From Alloascoidea hylecoeti (lineage: Eukaryota): 64,000 bases of DNA. Below are positions 13,021 to 25,425 of this stretch, piece by piece (the first letter of the stretch is position 1; each line of letters starts with the position of its first letter). The stretch covers positions 265,527-329,526 of the forward strand of contig BCKZ01000010.1 of NCBI GenBank assembly GCA_001600815.1, written 5' to 3'. The translations under genes were made by a program, and so were the position numbers. Under the pieces are notes generated by a model, which saw only the letters and a list, made by a program, of their open reading frames with translations, was not told the DNA's origin and made no database searches.

Positions 13021-13078
13021 CTTTTTCTTTTTCTTATTTCTTATTTCTTATTTCTTTTTTCTTTTTTCTTTTTCTCTT
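13021..13078 (+). repeat. Pyrimidine-rich simple repeat with (TTCTTAT)n
   Basis: ttcttatttcttatttcttatttc within a T/C tract. Confidence 0.7.
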
Positions 13079-14673
13079 AGTTTCCTTGTTGATTTTTTTA
13101 AATTAATATTTGGCTACTTGTATCTGGTTGTTTATATTTATTTTGATTAATTCATCGATCTTCATCCCTAATCTCAAAAGAAGAAAAGAAAAGAAAAATA
13201 TTAGTTCTTAACTGTATATCGATTTACAATAATCTTGGATCATTTTAGATCAATTGCAATTGTTAACAGTGATTTAGTACAAATATTTTAATATGAATCT
13301 CATGATTGGCATTTTAATTTCTTTATTAAGAACTTCTTAAGCTTATTATTTCGAATTATATTACCTATTTTTCATAAAAATCTAGACTCTATTTAGCTGA
13401 AGCATGTTACCTTTTTCTTCATGATTTACAATAAAGATTTGCTCATATAGTTTAATTAGTCCTATTGATTCAATCAAGATTCATATAAACAGCAGTATAC
13501 GTAGGTATTCTATTTCCTAGATTTTGGAACCCTGTAATGTTAAACTAATTATAATTACGATGATGTTAGTGTAGAATCTGTAGATTTGGTATGGAAGAGT
13601 TGGTTCCTTTGTAATTATAATTATAATCTTATAACTCATATACATGTATTTTAATTATGATATTATTCTCTTCAATAATTATAATATAGCTAGGTTCAAT
13701 AAATATGTCATTAACTTGTTGTAAAAATCGCGTAATATCAACAAATTTAAACATTGCAAATATTATACACATGTATTATAGCTTGGTAATTAGTATATAA
13801 TAGTAATAAGAAGAAAGGGAAGCTGGATATCTCAAAAGCCCAAGAAGTCGCGAAGGTTTGTTTTAGAACTTCTGATTACAATATAATTATAAGCGGCATA
13901 CTACAAAATTATTTTCATTTCAGGAATTCACTAGTTTGTTAGTGTATCGATATCATTATAATTAATAACAATTAACGGTCTGCTACTAAACACATTATAA
14001 TAATCTATAGCTATATTCTCTGTAATCATAAGCGGATAATCAAAGATTAAAATTATAATAACTAACGCTGTAAACGTGCTAGGCGAAGCGTCCTTCTTTG
14101 CAATTCACACTACTTTCAGATATTTATTTTTACCAAGTTAATTTATCATTCATATTTTCAATAGCAAATTAGCAATTGCAATTGGCAATTGCAGTATAAT
14201 TACCCATAAAAATTTTAAAGCAATCAAGAAACTAAAAATAGGGTTTAGTTGCAATTGAGTAAAAGTTTATATTTTGTTTTCACAAACCATTTTTTGTTGT
14301 TTATAGATATATGACGATATGACGATAGGAAGTTAGTATGTTAGTAACTCACTATTATCATGACGTCACAACATAGATAGATATAGATGAAATTTCATGC
14401 CGTTAAACCTCCTCCTCCTGATCTGTTCTTTATGACAAATGAATATTAATTACAGATCTAGTGTAGCCTGTAAAGTATATTTTGCTGTAAAATATCATAT
14501 GTGCCTACTTAAACTTCCATCTATGATCATTTACCAAGAAACACGAAATGTATAATATACACTCTTAAGCTTATTTAAAAGTAATTATTCCGTGAGAAAA
14601 ATATTAAATTGACCAGCTATAGTTCAATTGGCAACAGAGTTGAACAGACCATGACTTGTTATAAATCATTAAT

Positions 14674-14870
14674 ATATTCTTTTTTTCAAATATGTTTCAA
14701 ATATTTCAAATTTCATACATGAATAAGTGTATTTAAGCTTTGCTGTCACATTCATTTATAACCTAATTAGAAATTTTCATACCATATGTGCATAATCACA
14801 AATAAATAGTTTTAATGAATGTGAACAGCAAAGCTTAAATATGCTTTATTATGTATTAAAAAAGAGAATA
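14674..14870. repeat. Imperfect long inverted repeat (foldback; MITE-like or hairpin RNA)
   Basis: TATTTAAGCTTTGCTG-TCACATTCATT (14730-14756) is the reverse complement of AATGAATGTGAACAGCAAAGCTTAAATA (14814-14841) with one indel; weaker pairing extends outward. Confidence 0.85.
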
Positions 14871-16229
14871 CATAAAATCTATAAAATTTGTTATAACGCT
14901 TAACTTATAACAATATTAATATTAATTGCAACTCCTCGTCTGTCCAATATTAATTGGACTTGTTCACTTAATATTATCATGATCAATTCTTTTTAGTGAT
15001 AAATATTATAACTAATTTAGCGCCGGTATGTATGCTTAATGATTGCTTATACTAATTAATTACAATGACTATATATAGCTAATAATTATAACTATATCGA
15101 TATCATGATATGTGAATCGATCACAGATTCACAGATCCACAGTACTATATTTATATTATTTATATGTATATGGCTAATCATATATTAATAAGCTTGATGT
15201 ACTCTTCTATGCCGAGTTCAATTATAATACAAACTCGCGATCGAGATATTCTTATAGATACCTTATAACTAAGCTTATAATTACCTATATTTTGTTCTTA
15301 CCCCATTTATAATGAATAAAATCGTATGCATATTTGCATATTTATTTTTATTTTTCACGATCAAATGTACAAGATCTACAATCTAACGTCTATGATTATA
15401 ATTTCCATTGTATATACAAGTTCACGTTTACTCATGATCAGGAACAATTAACAATCTTGGTATATGACACTATATGTAGCACACAATTTCATTTCGTAAT
15501 TGCAAGAGGTACTAAAAGCTCACACGATCAGAAACAGATTCATTAACTAGAACTAATATTAATGGTGAATTAAGCTCAAACTTATAATTGAATATCATAT
15601 TAGGAGTGAAGTATTTTAAGTGATTCTAAATTTTAAATTAAATTAAAAAATGTATCTATTATAATGTCGCGATTGATTGAGAAGCTCATTATAATTGTAA
15701 TCGGTATACCAGTTGAAGTACACTGCATGCATTAATCTTGAAGAATAAATAATGGATCATCTTGCGTTAGCTGCAGACAATAAAAGCCTTATAAAGTAGA
15801 TCATTTTTACATCAATCCATCGATTATTCAATTGAAAATTTCTCAGCTTTCAGAAGTGCTGATGACTTTTTATAATAGATTCAAGACCTGCTGTTGATCA
15901 TTCTAAAACCTGTATATTTGTTGTGTACAACATATCATTAAATTTATTATAGCCTCGGTATATTTCAATAATTTATTTATCCCGGTTGAAGTATACAAAA
16001 TTGAATCAGTACAATGAATACAACAAATGACTGATCACGATGAAATTTTCGATGGCCCATAAATTAAATACATTTCACTTTTCGTTTATATCATCATAAG
16101 GCCTTATACATACACATCGATCATCATCTTATATTCAAGATAAATATTAAATACTAACGAAATTGTAGGGTGGATCGTATACTCTTATTATATTATTTCT
16201 TTTTATTGCTTTGAATTTTGATTTTCGAG

Positions 16230-19046
16230 TTAATCATAAAGATCCTTTAGATCATCATAAGGATTTCCTCCAGCCTGCTGTACATCCGAATCTTCTTCAA
16301 ATTCTTTCAATTCTTGTGTAGATATATCGATACCTTTAAGACTTGAGGTATATTTCTTACCATAATCTGCAGTAGATTTTGTATTGTTTTGCATTTGTCC
16401 CAATTGCAAGTTTTGATTTTGAGTTAGATTTTGAGAATTAGGTTTTACATCTGAATCTTGTAAAATAGATTCGAGCCCATCACTACAAAATGAAATATTT
16501 TCATCCATTACAAGCGAACTTGATCGAATTGGATGATTAGTATCGGTCGAGATTTTCGGTTCACCTAGGTGTTTCTTTGCAATTGATTTTATATCAGATG
16601 TGACATTAGATTGCAACTGTTTATAATTGTTAGAATTAAGATTGATGTTCCCAATAGTTCTCTTTGGTGTCGCTTGAGATAATAATTGGGAATCAATTTC
16701 TGGTGTATCAACCTCGAGGTCGTCAGTTTCGTAATTGATATCTGGCAATTGATCGAAGTCTCTTTTTATATCTGAGGACTGATTTATATGCTTGTTATTA
16801 TTGTTAAACTTCGATTTGTTACTGCTGGACATCCCATTACCATTTGAATATCCATTTGAAGGAGGTATAAACTTTTCCTTCATTAATTCACTTCCTCCTA
16901 ACCTTTTCCTCTCTTCACCTCTTCGCCTTAGTAAGTATTCATATTGGTTATAAGACAGATCACCATCATGTTCATCTCCTAGATCTTTTTCGTCTAAAAA
17001 ATTAACTTTCCCCAGCTTTTCAGGTAAATAATTCTGTTTCACTATCCCTTCTAAATAATCAGGATTGTATTTGTATTGTTTCCCATAATCTAAATCTTTC
17101 ATAAGTTTAGTTGGAGCATTTCTTAAATGTAATGGAATTGGGGCGCTGGCGGCTCCCGGCTCTTTTCTTAGTAATGCTTTGACTTTGTTGAAAGCACGAT
17201 AGACCAAGACACTCTTTTTAGCTCTTGCTAATTTAATACAGCAATGTGCTAAAATGACATCAACTTCCGGCATACCAATCATCTGAACACTTTGATAAGT
17301 TGAAACAGCAAATGGTAAGCATGTTTCATCAGCAATGCCAACATCTTCACTTGCAATTCTTATCATTCTTCTTGCAACATATAACGGACTCTCTCCACCT
17401 GCCAACATTTTAGCAAGGTAAAATAGAGCAGCATTTGCATCTGATCCTCTAACTGATTTATGAAAAGCCGAAATTGTATCATAATGTGAATCACCAACTC
17501 TATCATAAATCATATGCGTTCTTTTAAAAATGTTTTTTATTACATTAATAGATGCTATTATTTCTTTTTTATTCGTGTCATTCTGTTGTTGCTTTTGAGG
17601 TTGATTATTAAAATGTGCTTCACAAATTTCTAAGAGATTTAATAAACTCCTCGAATCCCCATCACTAATATCGGCCATATAATTAATACTCATATCATCA
17701 AAAGATAGTATTGGTTTCCCAATTAATTCTCTCCTTCTATTAATTTCTTTTATACCATGCTTAAGGATATTCGAAAGTTCTGATATTGAGAGTTTATTTA
17801 AGACGAAAACTCTACATCTTGAGAGTAACGCATTGTTTAATTGAAATGATGGATTTTCTGTAGTTGCTCCAATTAATATAATATCACCCTTTTCAACATA
17901 AGGTAAAAATATATCTTGTTGACTTTTATTAAATCTATGAATTTCATCACAAAATAATATTGTTTTTTTACCAGTTAATTTTAAATTATTTTTTGATTCC
18001 TCAAATATTTTACGACACTCTTGTACACCAGCCGATGTTGCTGATAATTCAACAAATCTTGATCTAGTAGAATTTGCTATAATACGTGCAATTGTTGTTT
18101 TACCCACTCCTGGAGGACCCCAAAGAATTAATGATGGAATTTGATCTCTTTTTATAAAACCTGATAAAATTCCTCCTGGACCTACGATATGTCTTTGACC
18201 AATATAATCGTTTAAGGTTTGTGGTCTAAGTTTTTCAGCTAATGGTGCAAAATCATCTCTTTTAATTTTGGATGGGGTACCCATCGATTGCTTAGGGGAT
18301 ATAGGTTGTGATGAATAATTTGATCTGTGCTTCTTTAACAGCGTACTAATTAGACAAAAAATAGAAAATAAGGTTAGAAATTAAATGAGAGTAATAAATA
18401 GAGTAGTAGATGGGACATACCTTTCTTTTGCATCATAAGCATTACGTTTTTTCTCAGGCTGTTTTCCGGGCCGTCCGCTTAATAGAGAAAATAGTTTCTT
18501 TCCTTGATCTGATTTTGAATGTCTCAAATTAGAAGGAGATTGTGTTGAAGAAAATGCAATACCTTCATTGTCTTTTGGACTTAAAGATCCCAAGGAAGGG
18601 AAAGATCCTTGCTTTGATACCTTGTCAGAACTGCTATTATTAGATAAAATATTTGTTCCTAACATTAGTGGAGGTTTTGAAATATCAAGATTTTCTTTTT
18701 TGTTTTGTGTTATTGTTGATGGTGTTTCGTTATTTTTTGAATTTATTTCAATGTCTTTATCATCGATTTCAATAAAATCAACAGAGCTAAAACTAGGTGT
18801 TATATCTTTATCCTCTTGACTTCTTGGAATTGGTTCTTCCTTTTTTAGAATTGCTTCATGATCACTCCGACTTTGTTTTTTAATATCAATATCATTATCA
18901 GATTCCTCATGCACTGAAATATTTGGGTCCCCCTTTAATATATACTCCCTACTACAACCTTTGTCTAAATGCTTGTTGATATAAGCTAGAAAAACAATAG
19001 CCCCACAAATTGGACAAGACACAGTTTCCCTTTTTTGGCTCACCAT
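16230..19046 (-). CDS. MGS1: AAA+ ATPase Mgs1/WRNIP1 with N-terminal UBZ zinc finger; intron 18346-18420
   Basis: CPICG...INKHLD..C (UBZ4), PLAEKLRP, WGPPGVGKTT, DEIHRFNKSQQD, ISAFHKSVRGSD and PLHLRNAPT; a GTATGT...CTAAC...TAG intron joins the two track ORFs in frame. Confidence 0.96.
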
Positions 19047-19095
19047 TTTGCTGTTTATTTTATATTTTTATGTTAAATGAATTTTGATTTAATGC

Positions 19096-19114
19096 ACGCG
19101 TATAAAACACGAAA
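19096..19114. promoter_or_regulatory. Adjacent MCB (ACGCGT) and SCB (CACGAAA) boxes 50-70 bp upstream of MGS1
   Basis: Exact matches at 19096-19101 and 19108-19114, consistent with G1/S regulation of a replication-stress gene. Confidence 0.55.
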
Positions 19115-19503
19115 ACGTGAAAACATGATGTATGGATGTATAGCTTTATGAGTAAAATTGATTTGAATATAGTTTCAACTTAATTTAGGCCACTATTTGA
19201 ACGAGATATTCAACCACATTTTGCTAGCTTCAGAAAAAGAACCAACAAAACAAGTGGTAAATAGTCCTCATAAATAGCGAAAAAACAGTGGTATGCCGGA
19301 GTTACCACTGAATGTGAGTGCCAAGGTAATAAAATCATTGGAAAAAAAGTATGGATTAAATTAACTGGAGAATAATGGCATTCGATAACAGCATACAATT
19401 GGCACCTAACAGGAAAAGCATGCATACCGTTCTGCAATATACGCTCTCTTGTTTTTATTACACTGCTACCTGGTAGAAAATCAAATATATTCAAATCTCA
19501 AAA

Positions 19504-21297
19504 ATGTTTCTACAAAATTGCTGGAAACTTTCGACAACCTCTGTGACTTATGTGAGATTTATATCAACATCTGTGAAATTTTCCGACAATGGTATAGTCT
19601 CGAAGAAAACTGCGACAAAACGTAGATTGTTTCCTGATGCAGCTATGGGAAAGCCAGATTTCTATCATGACTCTGTCTTTGATAGACTTGAGTCAAAAAG
19701 ATCATTAAAATATAAACCGAAAAATATTACGGAAGAGAAATTGAATGCAATTCTTTCACAGTATAGTAATGACAAGCCAAGAAAATTATTTTTCAAACCA
19801 TTCCCTGCCGTTATTACTGATGTTAGCTATATTTTAAATTATAAAGGAGAAATGGATTTTCTACAAATTTCACAAGCTGTCAAGTCTATTCATTTTTATT
19901 ATAGGCAGAAATCTGCTGTAGAAAATGCAAGGATGAACCTCTCTAATCATTCAATAAAATATTTACGGACCTCTTTTAATAATTTTGCAGAAGGGATTGA
20001 AAAGTTTTTATCGCCAATCATACAAGATATAGTAGATGGAAATTTAAAAGTTAGTAGTCAAACCTTACTTTCTATTTTATACACCATGGGTAATGATACA
20101 AATGTCCCTATTATAATTCATAATGCTATTAAAGATACTAGAAATACCAACCATTATCTATATAACGATCCAGAGATTGTTGGAAAAGTTTTGTCTGCGA
20201 TGGCTCGATTCAAATCTCCAAAATCAGATATACTTGAAATTTATAAGCTCGCAGACATTACGAAACCACAACCTGATTTAGACTTACTAAATTATTTTCT
20301 TACCATTGGCGCAAATGAAGATGCGTTGAAATTATTTCAGAGTTTTATTGAACCTACAGCAGATAATACAGTTATTCCTGGTGCCGATTCTGCCACAAAA
20401 TTTATGTTTGCAAGATTTAAAACAAATTCTACAGTTTTACTGGACATATTTAATGCCTATATTAATGGAAAAATACACCTAGAACTTCCCCCTCCAGTAG
20501 GCGCTACATTTATCACTCACATTTCATATGCTAAGAAGGATCTTGATGGAATTGTCGATTTATGTTTAAGATATCTAATGTTTTTAGAGAAAACAAGTGG
20601 GAATGTTAAAGGCTCAACTGCTTTCCTCCTTTATAGATCCATCATAGTACAGTTTTTTACAAAGTATCCATCGAGTTCTCCCGAGGGAATTGAAAAATTA
20701 AAGGGAATAATTAAAAAAGTACACGCTAGTGCCCCATTTATTTCTTCTAGATTTATTCCAGACCTTTTCTCTAATTGCTGGCAGGATAAAGAAAGTCTAG
20801 ATACTCTTGTTAAGATAGGTAAATCATATGGAGTTGATAAAGGTAATGGGTTCTTTCATTATAATTGGTTAAAAGGCCTTGTAAATTGCAAATCGGTTAA
20901 TCCAATAGAGGTCGAACAGATAATATCAGAGTATGCAATTGCAATTGACTTAAAGGAACAAACTAAATTACCTTCTTCTTTTTACCAAAACATGATACAT
21001 GCTCTTCTAAAAGATGCCAATTATAAAAGAGACCAACCAAGAATAGAACTATTCCTTAAGCTCTGGAAAGCTTATATACCATATGCGACTTCTCCTAGAT
21101 CAGCAATTACACCATCAATTTATGCTTTACAGTTACAACCCTTACTACGAAAATTCCTAGCATCAATTTTGGAAGACGTTGATACATCTTCTCTTACTGT
21201 TCCGAAGTTTAAATATTTAACATCAAATAAAGACATGCTTAAGATAATTTCCGCTAAAATTAATAATCTTGGTAAAAAATCCCCCCTGTTAAAGTAA
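19504..21297 (+). CDS. Orphan, probably mitochondrial, helical protein (paralog A, 597 aa)
   Basis: Long intact ORF; basic Ser/Thr-rich N-terminus with RFISTS; full-length similarity to the ORF at 22181. Confidence 0.85.
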   Translation: MFLQNCWKLSTTSVTYVRFISTSVKFSDNGIVSKKTATKRRLFPDAAMGKPDFYHDSVFDRLESKRSLKYKPKNITEEKLNAILSQYSNDKPRKLFFKPFPAVITDVSYILNYKGEMDFLQISQAVKSIHFYYRQKSAVENARMNLSNHSIKYLRTSFNNFAEGIEKFLSPIIQDIVDGNLKVSSQTLLSILYTMGNDTNVPIIIHNAIKDTRNTNHYLYNDPEIVGKVLSAMARFKSPKSDILEIYKLADITKPQPDLDLLNYFLTIGANEDALKLFQSFIEPTADNTVIPGADSATKFMFARFKTNSTVLLDIFNAYINGKIHLELPPPVGATFITHISYAKKDLDGIVDLCLRYLMFLEKTSGNVKGSTAFLLYRSIIVQFFTKYPSSSPEGIEKLKGIIKKVHASAPFISSRFIPDLFSNCWQDKESLDTLVKIGKSYGVDKGNGFFHYNWLKGLVNCKSVNPIEVEQIISEYAIAIDLKEQTKLPSSFYQNMIHALLKDANYKRDQPRIELFLKLWKAYIPYATSPRSAITPSIYALQLQPLLRKFLASILEDVDTSSLTVPKFKYLTSNKDMLKIISAKINNLGKKSPLLK

Positions 21298-22180
21298 AAA
21301 TCAAGATAATAGTTTATCACATTTTGTATATAATAATACTATAAGGCTTATTGGGTTCATATTAATATCCTTAAAAAGTAGGATCTAGATAAAGATATTA
21401 AGACCCCTTGAATTGTATATATCGATCTACATAACTTATTTTTTTAATATATTTCCATACAATATTAATATAATATTAATTATAACCTGAGATACACCAT
21501 AAATATGAGCGTTAACTGATACAACGTCATTTTTATAATTAAAACCAAATTATTAATAGTTCACTCTTCTCTGATCACCAGATCCATGGGCTATTAAAAT
21601 ATATACTTAACTTCATGATACAAAGCAAGAATTAATTTATATTTATTCTTTATAATTAAACTTCGGTTACAGGACGTAATACGTACTAAAAAATCATTTC
21701 TTGCTTCCTAATTGTATAAATATCACCACTGGATTTTTTTGTTTGTCCAAAATATCCCAATCAGGTAATATAACTTATAATACCCAAACCCAAATTTCCC
21801 AAAATTACTTGCATGTGAGCTTTATAGAAAGTTTCAAAAGTATCTACTTAAATCGTCGTCATTTAGCACTTGTGGCTATTTATAATCTTATTGTAATTGT
21901 ATAATTTACAGGTATAAGTTATACAAAGTACCGATTATCAGCAGTTGTCAATAGTAATGTGAACTAAGCGTCAAATAATTGGCCAAAATAGTTCTTCACA
22001 TGTACGAAATAATACAACCATAATGCCTAAATTAACTAGATACATGGTCGTCGTTCCACAATATACGCAAGTTTAGTTTCCTTACCGCACATAGGTTCTT
22101 TTAACTTAGAACAATAATCTAGAAGATCAAGACACTTTGGTGTCTATTCCACTACGTAATCCAAGTCAACGGGGTAAAAT

Positions 22181-23977
22181 ATGATAATTCGAAGTTTGAA
22201 GTGCTCTAAAACTTCAGTAAGATTTTTTTCTACATCTTGGCCGACAAAGGAAGTCAGTACAATCCATAATGCAAAATATAAGACACCCCATTTCAATAGA
22301 GATATTATCTTCAATAAAAAACTGCAACCTGAAATAAAACAATCAGTTAAATACATTCCAAAAGTTGTTATGACGCAGACACTAAATTCCATTCTTTCAC
22401 AGTACGATGATAGAACACAACCATTATCATATAAAGCCTTTTCTGAGATTGTTTCTGATGTTAATCACATTTTGAATTATAAAGGCAAATGGGGAGCTCA
22501 GAATATTCCTTTGGCAATAAGCTCTATCAATTTATACTATAGACAAGTATCTGTATCAATTTCTAGCGAAAATGTTTTACCAGAGTATTTGGCGCAATAT
22601 TTTACAGACAATATGAAACTAATAAAGAAATTTACAGCACCAATTATCAATAATATAATAGAAGGGAATCTTAAAGTTAGTAGTTCGACTTTACTTAATC
22701 TATTTACCATTAGAAATACTCAACCTAATCTTCCTGTTTTAATTCACAACGCAATTAGAGATGCTAAGCATATTAATCATCACTTATATAGAGATCCACA
22801 GGTCATAAGTGCTGTTATAAACTCAATGCTCAAATTAAGATCACCAGTATCAAAAGTAATTAAAGTGCATAATCTAGCAAAAGAGAAAAAACCACAACCA
22901 GATTTGACTCTCTTACACTTTTATCTGACGAAGGGACTTAATATAGAAGCTTTGCAATTATTTAAGAGTTTTATTGAAGCTCAATCCTCAGCCGATAGGG
23001 AGCTTGATCTAGGTACTAAGGAAGCAACAAAAGCTATATTTATGAGACATCAAAATCCTCCTGAATTATTAGGCCTATTCAATTCAATAATTAATGAAGA
23101 AATACCTTTAAAGCTTTCTCCCCGTGTAGCAAGAAAGTTCATTGAACACCTTTCGTCTACTGAGGCAGATATCGGCATCGACACAATTGCTGATTTAACT
23201 TTCAGATATTTGGCATTTTATTACAAAGATAAGGATGTTATGAATTATGAATTCAAAGATATTTCCTCTATTTCCTCTTCTATCTTTGCTAAGTTCTTCT
23301 CAATTTATCCACTAAAGTCCCCAGAAGGTATTGAAAAATTAAAAGATATTATTCAGCAAGCACATGATATTTCTCCGTTTATATTACCTAAATTTATTCC
23401 AGAATTATTTTCCAATAAATGGCATGATCAAGAAACTTTAAATATTCTTGTATCAATAGGTAAATCATATGGAATTGAAGAAAATAATAGTTATTTTTAT
23501 TATCATTGGTTAAAAGCTCTTGCTTCTTATAAAAAGATTAATTTTGAAGAACTTGAAATAATATTTTATAAATATTCAATTTCACTTGATCGTGATTTAA
23601 TCAATTCAAAACCAAAAAAATTACCACTTTTATTTTTTAAAAATATGATTGATGTTTTATTAAAAAATGGAACCAATAACCGTCCACAAATAGAGTTTTT
23701 CTTTAAGCTTTGGAAAACCTATTTACCTTATGCAACTCCCAAAGCAGCAATTTCACCATTACTCTCTTCTGTTCAACTTAATAATTCACTCAGGAGAGTT
23801 TTAACAACTGATTTAAAAGAAATTGATACTTCTTCTATTATTCTTCCTGCATTTGAAAATTTGAGTTCAGATGAAGAGATGATCAAAATAATTGGTAAAA
23901 AAATCAAACAATTGCAAATATATTTCACTCCCAATAAAAATTCAACCACCAAAAAGAAGCCAAATTTTCAATGGTAA
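22181..23977 (+). CDS. Orphan, probably mitochondrial, helical protein (paralog B, 598 aa)
   Basis: Long intact ORF; RFFSTS presequence-like N-terminus; shares ILSQY, ILNYKG, GNLKVSS, KPQPDL, SPEGIEKLK, IGKSYG and PYAT with paralog A. Confidence 0.85.
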   Translation: MIIRSLKCSKTSVRFFSTSWPTKEVSTIHNAKYKTPHFNRDIIFNKKLQPEIKQSVKYIPKVVMTQTLNSILSQYDDRTQPLSYKAFSEIVSDVNHILNYKGKWGAQNIPLAISSINLYYRQVSVSISSENVLPEYLAQYFTDNMKLIKKFTAPIINNIIEGNLKVSSSTLLNLFTIRNTQPNLPVLIHNAIRDAKHINHHLYRDPQVISAVINSMLKLRSPVSKVIKVHNLAKEKKPQPDLTLLHFYLTKGLNIEALQLFKSFIEAQSSADRELDLGTKEATKAIFMRHQNPPELLGLFNSIINEEIPLKLSPRVARKFIEHLSSTEADIGIDTIADLTFRYLAFYYKDKDVMNYEFKDISSISSSIFAKFFSIYPLKSPEGIEKLKDIIQQAHDISPFILPKFIPELFSNKWHDQETLNILVSIGKSYGIEENNSYFYYHWLKALASYKKINFEELEIIFYKYSISLDRDLINSKPKKLPLLFFKNMIDVLLKNGTNNRPQIEFFFKLWKTYLPYATPKAAISPLLSSVQLNNSLRRVLTTDLKEIDTSSIILPAFENLSSDEEMIKIIGKKIKQLQIYFTPNKNSTTKKKPNFQW

Positions 23978-24342
23978 TAATCATATCTCTTGCTTATAAG
24001 CTTGGCATTAATTTATGCTGATGCTCCTAATTTCCAGGAAGAATAAAAGGGAATCCAATATCATTTTAATTGTATATATAGATAACATGTACTATTTATA
24101 TTACTATAGTTAATTATAATGGAGCATTGAGAGAGGACCCAAGCAAATATTTCAAATTATTCAATGATAATAATAATATATGTAGTCCTTAAAATTAGTC
24201 TTGGTATATGTGTACAATAGTTGATTAGATTGCCATTAAATGATTATATTGACGTTATACATAGTTTGCTAAATATGATAACCTTATAAAGGTGATTCAA
24301 GCAAAATGAATTATTTTTTTAACTATAAACGATAGTTATATA

Positions 24343-25425
24343 TTACAAATTATTGTACTTTTTAATATAATTATCCACCATCACTATCAAAGTTTGATCA
24401 TGTTCATCCCGATTAGTAAATGGAATATTTAAGAATGTAAAGAATAACCCTTGGATGGAACCAATCACTAAGTCGATGCTTCCATCTCGTGCAACACATT
24501 CCATTTGGTTAATATAGTAATAGATATGTGAGCTTGCAACAGTCTTAATATTATTAAAATCTGATAATCTTTTATGATCCGGTACTAAAGAATTAATTGA
24601 TTCTTTAATCATACCAGATTTAAGCTCAAAAAGACTCATAGTAGGATACTCACTACAGTCACTGTTAGGATTACAAATAACAATTTCTTCTTCATTTGGT
24701 AAAGATTCCCTACTATTAAGAAAAATTCTCACACCAGCATGCTTAAAGATAGGTGAGACCCATGTAATTACTGAAGGATTATATCCAAGATAACTGAATT
24801 CAAGTCCAGCTATTTGGGCAACGGCTCCACCCAAAGAATGACCCATGACAATTGTCTTGTACTCGGGGTGAAATTACACATCCATTGCAGCAAATGTTTT
24901 ATTAACCGCACCCAAGTTTGTTTTATTGCTTCGTAAACTCTAAGATGGATATTAGTATCTTTTTCGTCTGATTCTTTTACAGCTCCATTGCTCACTACAA
25001 TTGATATATATCTAACTGGTGAAGTAAAATCCACAGTCCAATCATTAATAGTAGTAGATCCTCTAAAGGCTATAATTTTTCGAGGTAAACAATGTAACTG
25101 TACCTGCAGATAACTTTGCGACTGGTCTCCAAACATCAAACAATTCAAGATTGTCAAAGTCATTATCATCACAATGAAGAGGATAACCAGCTTTATCATC
25201 AGACCATCCTTCAGAGAAAATACAGTAGACTTGACTGTTAAGTTTTGCAAAATAGTTAAGCTCATGCATTAAAACCTCTCTTGTTTCATTTTTTGGTAGG
25301 CTGGAAATGGTAAAGAAGTCAGCGTCTTTAAAATTTTTACCATGGCCATTAGCTACAGAGTCGGCTGCTTGAACACTTATGAGGTCAAGAGCAAATATAG
25401 CTGCAGTTAAGGATTTAAATAACAT
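24343..25425 (-). pseudogene. Secreted class-3 lipase pseudogene
   Basis: Signal peptide (MLFKSLTAAIFAL), IIAFRGSTT..DW..D, GHSLGGA and HIYY are split over three frames (frameshifts near 25085 and 24870); the segment between VITW and HAG appears deleted. Confidence 0.85.

Noticed and set aside
16006..16097. Minus-strand C and D boxes about 90 nt apart
   Set aside because: I recognised no rRNA or snRNA complementarity; such box pairs arise by chance in AT-rich DNA.
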